From assembly GCA_030647325.1 (NCBI GenBank), contig JAUSJN010000011.1, forward strand, positions 1 through 46,263: DNA of 46,263 nt. The letters are read 5' to 3'. The position numbers were made by a program, and so were the translations under genes. Below, piece by piece: positions 1-8,795 of this stretch (position 1 is the stretch's first letter; every line of letters starts with the position of its first letter). The notes below the pieces were generated by a model. That model did no database searches and was not told the DNA's origin. It saw only the letters and a list, made by a program, of their open reading frames with translations. This DNA is from Nanobdellota archaeon (GTDB lineage Archaea > Nanobdellota > Nanobdellia > Woesearchaeales > GW2011-AR9).

Positions 1-212
1 ACTTTTGCAGCTGAGAGAGCTGATGCAAATGCTAAAGCATAATCATCATAGACCTTTCCGCTGAACATCTTGCCGCGCTTGCCGGCAACAGACACTTCGT
101 ATTGAACAGTTCCCTCTAAATTAGAAACGCCTTCGGTGCTTGCTTGTTTAAGCAAATTTTCTTTTGCTTCTTGGGGATTTTTTCCCTTACCTTCGTATAA
201 TTTATCAACCAT
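1..212 (-). CDS. Hypothetical protein, partial (runs off the left edge)
   Basis: Not in the ORF track. ATG at 212 preceded by a GGAGG SD; frame MVDKLYEGKGKNPQEAKENLLKQASTEG...ALSAAK is open to the window edge. Confidence 0.7.
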   Translation of the reverse strand, partial: MVDKLYEGKGKNPQEAKENLLKQASTEGVSNLEGTVQYEVSVAGKRGKMFSGKVYDDYALAFASALSAAK

Positions 213-332
213 TTTCTAAACCTCCGAATTATAGTGTTTTTGAGGAATATATTTGCTTTTAAATATTTTGTATCTCCAGCCCATATGATTCTACACAAAA
301 AGCTTATAAAACCCTTCTTTCTTCAGCCTAAT

Positions 333-533
333 ATGTTACCCTTAAGCAAGGAAGAGAAGTCAGTACTGAAGATTTTGGTAGAGAAAGAGCTCCACCATGT
401 CAAGAAAGATGATCAGGGATTTTTGATCAGCAACGCTCCTTTCCTAGGCAAGTCTGATGATCCAGACCTTCCTTTCCTGAAGAGTCTGAAGTTGTATAAA
501 AGTTTCTTAGAGCAGTTAAAACTGAAGTTGTAA
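333..533 (+). CDS. Small hypothetical protein (66 aa)
   Basis: TATA-like CTTATAAA at 303-310, about 25 nt before ATG 333 (leaderless pattern); 4 nt upstream of pfdA. Start moved from 234. Confidence 0.65.
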   Translation: MLPLSKEEKSVLKILVEKELHHVKKDDQGFLISNAPFLGKSDDPDLPFLKSLKLYKSFLEQLKLKL

Positions 534-537
534 TCAT

Positions 538-945
538 ATGGCGGATGAGACTATATTTGAAGAGAAGTACAGGCAGCTCCAACAATTACAGCAGCAGGTA
601 GAACAGATAACCGAGTATGTTGAAAGGATGCAAGGACAGCAAAAAGAACTGGACGCCTCTATAGAAGCTCTTTCTGAATTGCAAAAAACAAACATAAACA
701 CCGAGATCCTTGCCCCCATCGCCAACGGCATATTCCTGAAAGCAGAATTGAAGGATAACCAGAAACTGGTGGTGAACGTAGGCGCAGAGGTCACGGTGGA
801 AAAGAATATCCCGGAAGTTCTCAGATTGTTAACAGAACAGAAAGAAAAGATCGCTGAGAACATCTCAGAAGCAGAGACCTTTTTGCAGGAATTGTATGAG
901 CAGGGTAAAAAATTATACCAACAATCAGGCGAGGCAGCAGAATAA
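538..945 (+). CDS. pfdA: Prefoldin subunit alpha
   Basis: Coiled coils flanking a beta-hairpin core EILAPIANGIFLKAEL...LVVNVGAEVTVEK; conserved archaeal pfdA-ftsY adjacency. Confidence 0.93.
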   Translation: MADETIFEEKYRQLQQLQQQVEQITEYVERMQGQQKELDASIEALSELQKTNINTEILAPIANGIFLKAELKDNQKLVVNVGAEVTVEKNIPEVLRLLTEQKEKIAENISEAETFLQELYEQGKKLYQQSGEAAE

Positions 946-2237
946 TGTTCGGCAAACTGAAAGAAAAATTGATGCAGGCAGTATCGGCCTTTTCCAAGAA
1001 GACGGAAGAGGAGGCGGAAGTAGAAGAGAAACCGGTCGAAGTCAAGAAGCAAAAAGTTGAACCGAAACAGAAAGAGGTTACAGAGACTAAAAAGAAACCA
1101 GCAGAGAAAAAAGTAAAGAAAGGAAAAGCAAAAAAAGAGAACAAGAAGCCTGCAAAAGAAAAAAAGAAAGAAGTTGAAGTCGCCGAGCCGGAAGAAAGGA
1201 TCGAAGAAAAAACTGAGGAAGCAGCAGAAGAAAAACCGTCATTTTTCAAGAGACTTTTTACTAAAAAAGAAGAAGAGAAAGCAGAAGAAAAAGAAGCGAC
1301 GGAAGAAGCTGTAGAAAAGAGTGAAGAACCAGTAGAGGAAAAATCGGAAGAGCCTTCTGCTGAAAAAGGATTCTTCGGGAAGATCAAGACCTCTTTAACC
1401 ACCAAGAAGATCTCTGCAGAGAAGTTTGAAGAATTATTCTGGGAATTGGAATTAGCTTTATTGGAGAATAATGTTTCCGTCGAAGTGATCGAAAAGATAA
1501 AAGAAGATCTGAAAAAGGAATTAGTGGACAAGCCCTTGCCGAGAGATGTGCCGGCGAAGATCGAAGAGACCTTGAAAAAAACCCTGACGGAAATACTCAC
1601 TTTTGAAAAAATTGATCTGCTTAAAGCGGCAAAACAAAAAGAAAAACCATTAGTCATCGCTTTCTTCGGCATCAACGGAACGGGAAAGACCACTTCCATC
1701 GCTAAACTGGCGCATTACTTCCAGAAGCATAAATTATCAGTGGTGCTTGCAGCCTGCGACACCTTCAGGGCGGCAGCGATCCAGCAGCTGGAAGAACATG
1801 CCGATAAATTAGGAGTAAAGATAATCAAACAAGACTACGGTTCTGATGCGGCTGCAGTCGCTTTTGATGCGATCAAATATGCGGAGAAAAATAAGATTGA
1901 TGTGGTGTTGCTAGATACCGCAGGGAGATTGCATTCCAATACCAACCTGATGCAGGAACTAGAGAAAATCATCAGGGTGGCAAAGCCTGATCTGAAGATT
2001 TTCGTCGGTGAAAGCATCACCGGAAATGACTGCATCGAGCAGGCAAGGAAATTCAATGATCTGGTGGAGATGGATGGCGCTATTTTGACTAAAGCTGATG
2101 TGGATGAGAAAGGCGGAGCGCCCTTGTCGATCTCCTATACCATCAAGAAACCTATCTTATTTTTAGGGATGGGGCAGAAGTACGATGATCTGGAAGAGTT
2201 TGATGCTCAAGTGATCTTGAAAAGGTTGGGGTTTTGA
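945..2237 (+). CDS. ftsY: Signal recognition particle receptor FtsY with charged N-terminal extension
   Basis: GINGTGKTT, DTFRAAA, DTAGR and TKAD...GG SRP-GTPase motifs; TAATG overlap with pfdA. Confidence 0.97.
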   Translation: MFGKLKEKLMQAVSAFSKKTEEEAEVEEKPVEVKKQKVEPKQKEVTETKKKPAEKKVKKGKAKKENKKPAKEKKKEVEVAEPEERIEEKTEEAAEEKPSFFKRLFTKKEEEKAEEKEATEEAVEKSEEPVEEKSEEPSAEKGFFGKIKTSLTTKKISAEKFEELFWELELALLENNVSVEVIEKIKEDLKKELVDKPLPRDVPAKIEETLKKTLTEILTFEKIDLLKAAKQKEKPLVIAFFGINGTGKTTSIAKLAHYFQKHKLSVVLAACDTFRAAAIQQLEEHADKLGVKIIKQDYGSDAAAVAFDAIKYAEKNKIDVVLLDTAGRLHSNTNLMQELEKIIRVAKPDLKIFVGESITGNDCIEQARKFNDLVEMDGAILTKADVDEKGGAPLSISYTIKKPILFLGMGQKYDDLEEFDAQVILKRLGF

Positions 2238-2239
2238 TC

Positions 2240-2725
2240 ATGTCTGAAGACCACGAAAAAAAACGTCTGCAATTAGTAGTCAACAATGAACCTACTTTCC
2301 GGATCAAAACACCGATCGAACGCCTAAGGGAAGAGCACCAAGCAATTTTGGAAAAAAAAGAAGAAGGCTATAATAAGACCATAAATGATCTTCGCGATAA
2401 ACACGCCAAAGAGCTTAAAAGGCCAAAACTATTTGGAGGGTATACCAGCGGTATTGTTCTCATTGCAATTGCTACTGCTGCTGGCGTTTATGTCAGCAAA
2501 TACACTTCGAATAATCATCCAGAAGTGATCGTTGAGTTGAACAAAGATCTGAACAAAGACGGGATAGATGATGCGTTCATCCTACAGAAAGACGGATACA
2601 AGATACCAATGTACGGGGTAGAAAGCCTCATGGGGAAGCAATACTTAAGCGCCAGGAAGATGGAGCGAAGTGCAGGTAATATCATAGATTACCAAAGCAT
2701 CGAAGATAAGCTTAATAAAGAATAA
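2240..2725 (+). CDS. Single-pass membrane protein with coiled coil and DxNxDG motif
   Basis: TM segment GIVLIAIATAAGVYV; DLNKDGIDD calcium-binding-like motif; ATG 2 nt after the ftsY stop. Confidence 0.7.
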   Translation: MSEDHEKKRLQLVVNNEPTFRIKTPIERLREEHQAILEKKEEGYNKTINDLRDKHAKELKRPKLFGGYTSGIVLIAIATAAGVYVSKYTSNNHPEVIVELNKDLNKDGIDDAFILQKDGYKIPMYGVESLMGKQYLSARKMERSAGNIIDYQSIEDKLNKE

Positions 2726-2782
2726 TTCTAAAGATTGGATTTGTTTGACAAGATTTTTATAATAATACGCTAAAAACACTTC

Positions 2783-4060
2783 ATGACCACTTTCCATGTC
2801 CTAACTGCAGGATGTTCGACCAACCAGTCCGATGCGGAGCAGATGGCAGGATTGCTGAAACAAGCGAAATTTGAGTTGGTGGAAAAGATCGAGGATGCGG
2901 ATGTGGTGGTGTTCAATACCTGCGCCGTCAAGACGCCCAGCGAGAATCCGTTATTCACCCAACTAGACCAATTCAAAAAAGATCATCCTTACAAGATAGC
3001 GGTCATCTCCGGCTGCATCGCTCCGGCTGACAAGCAGAGATTGAAAGATTATTCTTTGATCGGCACAAAGCAGATCCACCATATCGTGCAGGTGGTGGAA
3101 GAAGCTCTGCATGATAATGTATTGCAATTGCTGAACCATGATGAGATGCCACCGCTGAATCTACCAAAAGTGCGCAAAAATCCTCTGGTGGAGATCCTGC
3201 CCATCAATCGTGGATGCCTTGATGCATATGCCGCTTTCGGCAAGGGTAAAAAAGCGCAGGGAAAGATAATCTCATATCCGGCAGCAGCGATCGTTGAAGC
3301 GGCAACAAAAGCGGTCAAAGAAGGAGTGAAAGAGATCTGGCTGACTTCACGAGATGCATTTGGTTATGGATCTGAGATAGGGACAGACTTACCGGCCTTA
3401 CTGAAGCAAGTGGTGCAGATTCCCGGAGATTTCAAGATACGCATCGACATGGGCAATCCTGGACACCTCTCCAAGATCAGCGCGAAATTGGTAGAGATAT
3501 ACAAGCATCCCAAGATATTCAAGTTTTTACATCTTCCGTTGCAGGCAGGACATGATGAGACGCTGAAAGCGATGCGTCGGAGTTATACGGTGGAAGAATA
3601 TCTGCAGGCCATCTATCTATTCAAAAGAGAGATCCCTGAGATGAATATCATAACTGATATCATGGTCGGTTATCCCACAGAAACAGACGATCATTACTGG
3701 GGAACCTTGGAAGTGGTGCGCAAAACGACACCTGATTCAATCAATATCTCCCGTTTTGGGCCAAGACCGGATATGCCAGCGACGCAGCTTCCTGGATTAC
3801 CGGAGGAAGTGGTCCAGCATCGCTGCAAAGTTTTAACAGATATATTTCATAATGCTTCTAAGATCCAGAATGAACGCTGGCTGGATTGGAAAGGAGAGAT
3901 CCTGATCGATGAAAAGGGCCGCGAGTCAGGACAATGGATGGGCCGGAATAATTCCTACAAACAGATCATTGTAGAAGGAGATTTCAAGTTAGGAGATATG
4001 TTACAGGTGCAGATCGTGAAAGCGGAAACCTTTGATCTAAGAGGAAAAGTGGTAAGTTGA
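2783..4060 (+). CDS. MiaB/MtaB-like tRNA methylthiotransferase family protein (UPF0004 + radical SAM + TRAM), degenerate radical-SAM motif
   Basis: GCSTNQSDAE, FNTCAVK, SGC, TDIMVGYPTET and a C-terminal TRAM-like region (GRNNSYKQI); CxxxCxxC replaced by CLDAYAAFG. Confidence 0.88.
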   Translation: MTTFHVLTAGCSTNQSDAEQMAGLLKQAKFELVEKIEDADVVVFNTCAVKTPSENPLFTQLDQFKKDHPYKIAVISGCIAPADKQRLKDYSLIGTKQIHHIVQVVEEALHDNVLQLLNHDEMPPLNLPKVRKNPLVEILPINRGCLDAYAAFGKGKKAQGKIISYPAAAIVEAATKAVKEGVKEIWLTSRDAFGYGSEIGTDLPALLKQVVQIPGDFKIRIDMGNPGHLSKISAKLVEIYKHPKIFKFLHLPLQAGHDETLKAMRRSYTVEEYLQAIYLFKREIPEMNIITDIMVGYPTETDDHYWGTLEVVRKTTPDSINISRFGPRPDMPATQLPGLPEEVVQHRCKVLTDIFHNASKIQNERWLDWKGEILIDEKGRESGQWMGRNNSYKQIIVEGDFKLGDMLQVQIVKAETFDLRGKVVS

Positions 4061-4078
4061 TCTAACAACTTAAACATT

Positions 4079-4651
4079 CTATTTTCCCATCTCTTCTTCT
4101 ATTTCTTTCATGATCTCTTCTTCCTTCATGGAAGGAAGTTTTTTTCCCTGGTATGACTGGAGTAGATTCTTGACCTGCCCGTACATATATGCGGTGTCAC
4201 CGACTAATTGGCGGGTATATCCTTCTTCCAGGGGAAATTTGTAAAAATACTTATGGATCACTCCCTTAAGAAAAAAAGGTAATGGTTTGGTTCCCCAGCG
4301 CCCTTCGTAATTAGTTAAAGACCAGGCGTCAAAAGTGATAAGAGCGTCGCCTTGCTGAAATTTTTGCTTTATTCCGGAAACTTCCTTCACCGTTTCAGTG
4401 ACATTGTCTAAGGCAAGATGAATCTTGATCATCAAGGAGATATACTGAGAGACGCTCTTCACCGGCCGTAATTCCAATTCCAATACCCTTCCGGCGGGAG
4501 TCACTAATTCTTCGCTTTTCTTTTCCAGGTAGCTATACTTTTTTTCCTGGAGCGCTTTCCTGATCACGGAAAGAAGTTCGTCAGTGCGGAAAATACCATG
4601 ATAGGTGATTTTCTTCTGATTGATGACCAGATTTTTTTCAGTCATATTCAT
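4079..4651 (-). CDS. Conserved hypothetical protein (paralog family with 4648..5160 and 9297..9824)
   Basis: Shared pattern (Y/H)xGxFxxDxL...Y...E...PxG...KxVxxY...W...(I/V/M)KxYL; ATGA overlap with the upstream paralog. Confidence 0.8.
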   Translation of the reverse strand: MNMTEKNLVINQKKITYHGIFRTDELLSVIRKALQEKKYSYLEKKSEELVTPAGRVLELELRPVKSVSQYISLMIKIHLALDNVTETVKEVSGIKQKFQQGDALITFDAWSLTNYEGRWGTKPLPFFLKGVIHKYFYKFPLEEGYTRQLVGDTAYMYGQVKNLLQSYQGKKLPSMKEEEIMKEIEEEMGK

Positions 4652-5160
4652 CTCCCATAGGCGTGGGTGAAGGAATTAAGATAGGATTTTATCTTGTAGT
4701 GGAGATCTTCCACATCCGCCCTGACCCAGGTCTCAGCTTTATGATAATGTTCTTTAAAGAAATATTTCTCAAAGAGCATGCTCAGGTACCAATACAAGGG
4801 CTTTTCGCCCCATTTGTTCTTGCGGTCGCTGATGACATAGCCGTCGAAAATCATGCGCACCGTCCCCTGGCCGGTCCTGATGACCGACTTATCCGCCTGC
4901 ACATCGACCTCTTTAAGATCAGCCACGTTTATCTTTATGGAAATGATGAGTTTGTAATAATCGCTGATATTTTTCCATGGTTCCAGGATGATATGCATCT
5001 GCTTTCCGGAGGGCGTGACAATAACCTGGTTCATCTTTTCATACCAGTCATAGCCCTTTTCGTAAAAGAAGGAAGAGACAAGGTTGTGCAGCTCATCAAA
5101 ATTGAAGAGCCCTTCATGGGTAAGTTTCAATCGATCCACAATCAGATAGCGTTCAACCAT
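4648..5160 (-). CDS. Conserved hypothetical protein (same paralog family)
   Basis: LKLTHEGLFNFDEL...GYDWYE...IKSYL; TATA-like element about 25 nt upstream. Confidence 0.8.
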   Translation of the reverse strand: MVERYLIVDRLKLTHEGLFNFDELHNLVSSFFYEKGYDWYEKMNQVIVTPSGKQMHIILEPWKNISDYYKLIISIKINVADLKEVDVQADKSVIRTGQGTVRMIFDGYVISDRKNKWGEKPLYWYLSMLFEKYFFKEHYHKAETWVRADVEDLHYKIKSYLNSFTHAYGR

Positions 5161-5297
5161 ATTGATAGGATAAATTTTTAGGCTTATAAATTATTTGTCT
5201 TGAGAGAGGAATTAAAGGTCAAAATCTATCCCCTAGACCACCAAAAACTTTAATAAGCATAACAAAGTTCTAAGCGGAAGGGGTGCGTGAAAAAAGA

Positions 5298-5936
5298 ATG
5301 GTGACGGCGTTTTTAAAGAATATCTTCAAGAAATTGTCACTGAATCCTTTCAGTAAAAAGAGTCATATTAAATTAGGGTTATATGGGCCTCCCAATGGCG
5401 GTAAATCTACCTTAGCGAATAAGATCTGCCAGGATTGGTTAGGGGAAGAGATGTCTTCAGTATCTCATATCGCCCACGAGACCAGAGAGATTAAGATCAA
5501 GGAACAAGTCAATATCAAGAACAAGAAAGGCAAAGAATTGACCTTTTCTCTGGTAGATACGCCCGGTATTTCTACGAAAATTGATTATGAAGAGTTCATC
5601 AGAAAGGGATTAAAGAAAGTAGAAGCAAAGAAACGGGCGAAGGAAGCTACTAAAGGGGTCATCGATTCTATCAAATGGTTAGATGACATGGATTCTGTGG
5701 TCGTAGTCTTAGATGCGACCAAGGATCCCTATTCTCAGGTTAACATTACAATCATCGGAAACTTACAGGCGAGAAATATCCCGGTGCTTATCGCGGCCAA
5801 CAAGGTCGATTTAAAGAAATCAAGCATAGATGCGGTCAAAGCAGCCTTCCCGCAGTATAAAGTGGTAGGTATTTCCGCAAAATACGGCAAAAACATTGAT
5901 GATTTTTATGAACAGCTCTTTACTCTGGCAAATTAA
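5298..5936 (+). CDS. oapA: Era-like small GTPase OapA/ArvA
   Basis: GPPNGGKS (G1), HETR (G2), DTPG (G3), NKVD (G4), ISA (G5); signature AKKRAKEATKGVI; followed by DUF2073 and Zn-ribbon genes. Confidence 0.88.
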   Translation: MVTAFLKNIFKKLSLNPFSKKSHIKLGLYGPPNGGKSTLANKICQDWLGEEMSSVSHIAHETREIKIKEQVNIKNKKGKELTFSLVDTPGISTKIDYEEFIRKGLKKVEAKKRAKEATKGVIDSIKWLDDMDSVVVVLDATKDPYSQVNITIIGNLQARNIPVLIAANKVDLKKSSIDAVKAAFPQYKVVGISAKYGKNIDDFYEQLFTLAN

Positions 5937-6042
5937 ACGCCTCTCGCTGTGATTAAAAAATAGTAAATGTTAAAAAGGCCAAAAGTTTCCTTATAGTAGG
6001 AAATAGATGTTCAAAGTAGAATAAAAGAGGTTATACAACAGA

Positions 6043-6432
6043 ATGGTTACGTTTAAGTTTGTTCCATACTACGAAATCGAAGGTCTTTCTTCAGCTAAAA
6101 GAGTGAATAAACTGCTCAAGATCGTCAAGGAAGATAAGATCGTGATCATGGAAGGAAGACTGCGCAAGCAGGAAGAAGCAGACTTGATCGAGATAACCAT
6201 GGAAGAGATTTCTCCCAAGTTTAAGGGCATAGAATTAAGCGTCATCTATCCAGACAAGGACAAGCAGGATATCAGGCAGAAACTGAGAGGGATGATGGCC
6301 AGCACTATACTAGGCGACCGGCAAGGACTTACTATCGTAGGCCCGGCTTCAATAGTTAAGAAGATTGAGAATAATCCGGATAAGATTGAATTATTTACCC
6401 GGGAAAATCGGGCCAAGATGAGGAAGAGATAG
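6043..6432 (+). CDS. oapB: DUF2073 family protein OapB/ArvB
   Basis: IVIMEGRLRKQEEADLIEITM...FKGIE...GLTIVGPA pattern; operon position. Confidence 0.85.
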   Translation: MVTFKFVPYYEIEGLSSAKRVNKLLKIVKEDKIVIMEGRLRKQEEADLIEITMEEISPKFKGIELSVIYPDKDKQDIRQKLRGMMASTILGDRQGLTIVGPASIVKKIENNPDKIELFTRENRAKMRKR

Positions 6433-6493
6433 TTCTGATGTATATAGTCCTTTATAGAAACCTATAAATATAGTAAAATCTAAGAAAGTGAGC

Positions 6494-6898
6494 ATGCCAC
6501 ATCAATGTGTCCGTTGTAACACTTTCTATCCTGACGGAGCGGCAGAGATTCTGAAGGGGTGCACTTGTGGAGCAAGGTTGTTTTTCTACATCAAGAAGAA
6601 AGATGTTGAGTATGGTAAAGAATTGTTGACCAACTTAACCGAAGAAGATAAGATCAATATCGAAAAAGACGTGGCGGAAGTGTTAGAGATACGCCATCAA
6701 TCTGACGATGCACCAGTGGTATTGGATCTGGAATCCATCCGTGTGGTAAAGCCAGGCAAGTTTGAGATTGATTTAGTGCATCTATTCAAGAAAGATCCGT
6801 TAATCATCAAATTAGAGGAAGGAAAGTACATGATCGATCTTCCCCAGGCTTTTAAGAAAGCGAAGGAAGACAGCGAAGGAGAGAAGGAAAAGAGATAG
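6494..6898 (+). CDS. oapC: Zn-ribbon protein OapC/ArvC (DUF2072-like)
   Basis: MPHQCVRC...ILKGCTCG...ESIRVVKPGKFEIDL...EEGKYMIDL. Confidence 0.87.
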   Translation: MPHQCVRCNTFYPDGAAEILKGCTCGARLFFYIKKKDVEYGKELLTNLTEEDKINIEKDVAEVLEIRHQSDDAPVVLDLESIRVVKPGKFEIDLVHLFKKDPLIIKLEEGKYMIDLPQAFKKAKEDSEGEKEKR

Positions 6899-6899
6899 A

Positions 6900-7415
6900 T
6901 TATAATTTACTCTTCTGCGCTTTGTCTGAGATGATCGCGCTATGCCCGGAAGGGTCTTCGATGATGATCTTCAATGGTTCTCTTCCCACTAAGACTTTGT
7001 TTAATTTCTTGATCAGGTTTTTTCCTTTGGTCTTGGCAGCAGGATCATCTTCCTCTGCATCGGCAGCGGATTGGATCATGGCCTTGACTTTTTCCAGCAA
7101 GCCTTCAACGTTGGTGATGTACCCTTCAGAAGCAGGGCCGGATTCGATGGTTATGACTCTGGGGATCTTGACCGACGCTTCGGCTGATTTGATGATCTTG
7201 ATATTAAGATCGGCATCAGAAGTGACTTCCAAAGTATATCGGCAAGGTTCCTTTTTTTCTGCCGGCTCTACATCAGCTTTGCGGTAGCCGCAGCCGGAAC
7301 AGTCCATGGACAGCACAAAGACCCGGCCAAAGAAGGGTATCTCTACCTCATCCTCACGGAGAGTAAGCTTATTTTCCCCGCAAAAGGCGCATTGCTGTCC
7401 GATTAGTTCTGCCAT
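6900..7415 (-). CDS. ZPR1 zinc-finger domain protein
   Basis: CAFC...IPFFG...CSGCGY...GPASEGYITNVEG...IIEDPSGHS. Confidence 0.93.
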   Translation of the reverse strand: MAELIGQQCAFCGENKLTLREDEVEIPFFGRVFVLSMDCSGCGYRKADVEPAEKKEPCRYTLEVTSDADLNIKIIKSAEASVKIPRVITIESGPASEGYITNVEGLLEKVKAMIQSAADAEEDDPAAKTKGKNLIKKLNKVLVGREPLKIIIEDPSGHSAIISDKAQKSKL

Positions 7416-7533
7416 GAAATTGTAGAAAGGGAGTTGATTTAAAAATATTATGTGGAATATAAGTTATGGAGCAATACACACTATTGGAATTACCAAAACC
7501 TTAATAAATAATGCATAAAACATTTAGCCTTAT

Positions 7534-7676
7534 GCACCGGTGGTCCAACGGCTAAGACTTCGGCCTTCCAAGCCGACTATCTGGGTTCGAATGCCAGCAA
7601 TCTAGGCGAGTTGGGCGGGTTACTAGTAACCCACCGCGACGATTAGAATGTTGGAACGAAAGTCCCAGCCGGTGCA
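7534..7676 (+). tRNA. tRNA-Gly (anticodon TCC) with T-loop intron; exons 7534-7591 and 7663-7676; CCA not encoded
   Basis: Acceptor GCACCGG/CCGGTGC; anticodon stem TCGGC/GCCGA with loop CTTCCAA; T stem CTGGG/CCCAG; splicing restores TTCGAAT; TATA-like element about 25-30 nt upstream, oligo-T downstream. Confidence 0.93.
7592..7662 (+). other. 71-nt archaeal tRNA intron at non-canonical position 59/60 (BHB/BHL motif)
   Basis: Central helix TTCG(7586-89)/CGAA(7657-60), 3-nt bulge AGT, opposite loop AATG/AA, continuing stem CCAGCA/TGTTGG. Confidence 0.85.
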
Positions 7677-7685
7677 TTTTTCCTT

Positions 7686-8432
7686 ATGACTACCAAAAAA
7701 GATATTTTTCAGAAAATTCCTATCTTTGGCATGATTCACCTAGCAGGAAATTCTCCCATAAAAAGAGCCTTAGAAGAGATTTCTTTATTTGAAGAAGAAG
7801 GCCTGGATGGAGTAATCGTTGAGAATTATCATAGTCGCTCTGTTGTAGCAGTTATCGATACTTTAGAAGAGATTAGGAAATTAAATTTAAAGATGCTACT
7901 GGGAGTCAATATCCTGCCTAATGATTTTGAATGGGCTTTCACCTTAGCTCAAGAATACAATGCTGATTTCATCCAGTTGGATCATGTGGCAGGGATATAC
8001 GGAACTGATACGAAATTAAATCTCCCTTTCTACGATGCCTTCAGACATGAATATCCGGAAATTCTGGTGCTGGGCGGAGTCTGGCCGAAATATTATCAAC
8101 CAGTAAAAAATTCCAATCTGAAAACAGATTTACGAGAGGGAATGAAAAGAGCTGATGCCATTGTAGTGACCGGTGCGGGAACAGGACAGGAAACTCAGAT
8201 AGAAAAGATACAGCAGTTTAGAGCAATTTTAGGAGATCATCCTCTCATTGTAGGTGCTGGTCTAACTCCACAAAATGCTTACCAACAATTGAGCATTGCC
8301 GACGGAGCTATTGTAGGAAGTTACTTTAAAAAAGATAATCAGACCAACAATAAGATTGAGAGACAACGAGTCAAGGATTTTATGTCGGTAGTACAAGAAG
8401 TCAGGAAATATCGCGGCGTTCCAGAACAATAG
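7686..8432 (+). CDS. BtpA/SgcQ family TIM-barrel protein
   Basis: IFGMIHL, DGVIVENY, GVNILPND, ADAIVVTGAGTG, LIVGAG and ADGAIVGSYFK motifs. Confidence 0.9.
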   Translation: MTTKKDIFQKIPIFGMIHLAGNSPIKRALEEISLFEEEGLDGVIVENYHSRSVVAVIDTLEEIRKLNLKMLLGVNILPNDFEWAFTLAQEYNADFIQLDHVAGIYGTDTKLNLPFYDAFRHEYPEILVLGGVWPKYYQPVKNSNLKTDLREGMKRADAIVVTGAGTGQETQIEKIQQFRAILGDHPLIVGAGLTPQNAYQQLSIADGAIVGSYFKKDNQTNNKIERQRVKDFMSVVQEVRKYRGVPEQ

Positions 8433-8433
8433 A

Positions 8434-8763
8434 TCAAAATTCCATCCTGAACTCATTCCCATGTTTCTTGAATCCTAATTTCTCATACAAGTGATGGGCT
8501 TTTTCGTTAGAAAACCTGCTGGTGCAGATTAACTTATAACAGCCGCGTCTCTTGGCTTCTTCAATGATCGCAGCAGTTATTTTTCCGCCATGCCCTTGGC
8601 CGCGAAAGGATTCTTCTACAAAGATGTCTTCCATCAGGCCGAAAGGTTCAGTATGCAAATCATTATGAAGAAGATAGAGAAAACCTCTGCCAATCTGGCG
8701 GCCATTTTCTTCCAGGATGATTTTCACCCCAGAAGCGGAAATCTCTTTTGTCTGCAGTTGCAT
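8434..8763 (-). CDS. GNAT family N-acetyltransferase
   Basis: EDIFVEESFRGQGHG acetyl-CoA motif A; GCYKL; AHHLYEKLGF. Confidence 0.9.
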   Translation of the reverse strand: MQLQTKEISASGVKIILEENGRQIGRGFLYLLHNDLHTEPFGLMEDIFVEESFRGQGHGGKITAAIIEEAKRRGCYKLICTSRFSNEKAHHLYEKLGFKKHGNEFRMEF

Positions 8764-8795
8764 GATAAATCAAAGAAAAGAATCATTTAAGAAAC

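Noticed and set aside
333-533. Ribosomal protein LX/L18a, expected upstream of pfdA-ftsY
   Set aside because: The sequence shows no recognisable LX pattern, so it is left as hypothetical.
960-1400. GAA/AAA-rich repeats in ftsY
   Set aside because: Ordinary charged N-terminal extension of FtsY.
534-1699. Long antisense ORFs (534..1052, 821..1699; likewise 17398..18237, 4663..5181, 37652..38041 and other shadows)
   Set aside because: They mirror well-supported genes on the opposite strand. Their F/S-rich composition is the reverse complement of K/E-rich coding sequence.
5161-5297. Replication origin next to oapA
   Set aside because: No ORB-like repeats or G-strings, no cdc6/orc1, and the spacer is short and explained by divergent promoters.
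7592-7662. Group I intron or integrated element in tRNA-Gly
   Set aside because: Too short, no group I core, no integrase and no visible duplicate of the tRNA 3' end. BHB/BHL splicing explains it.
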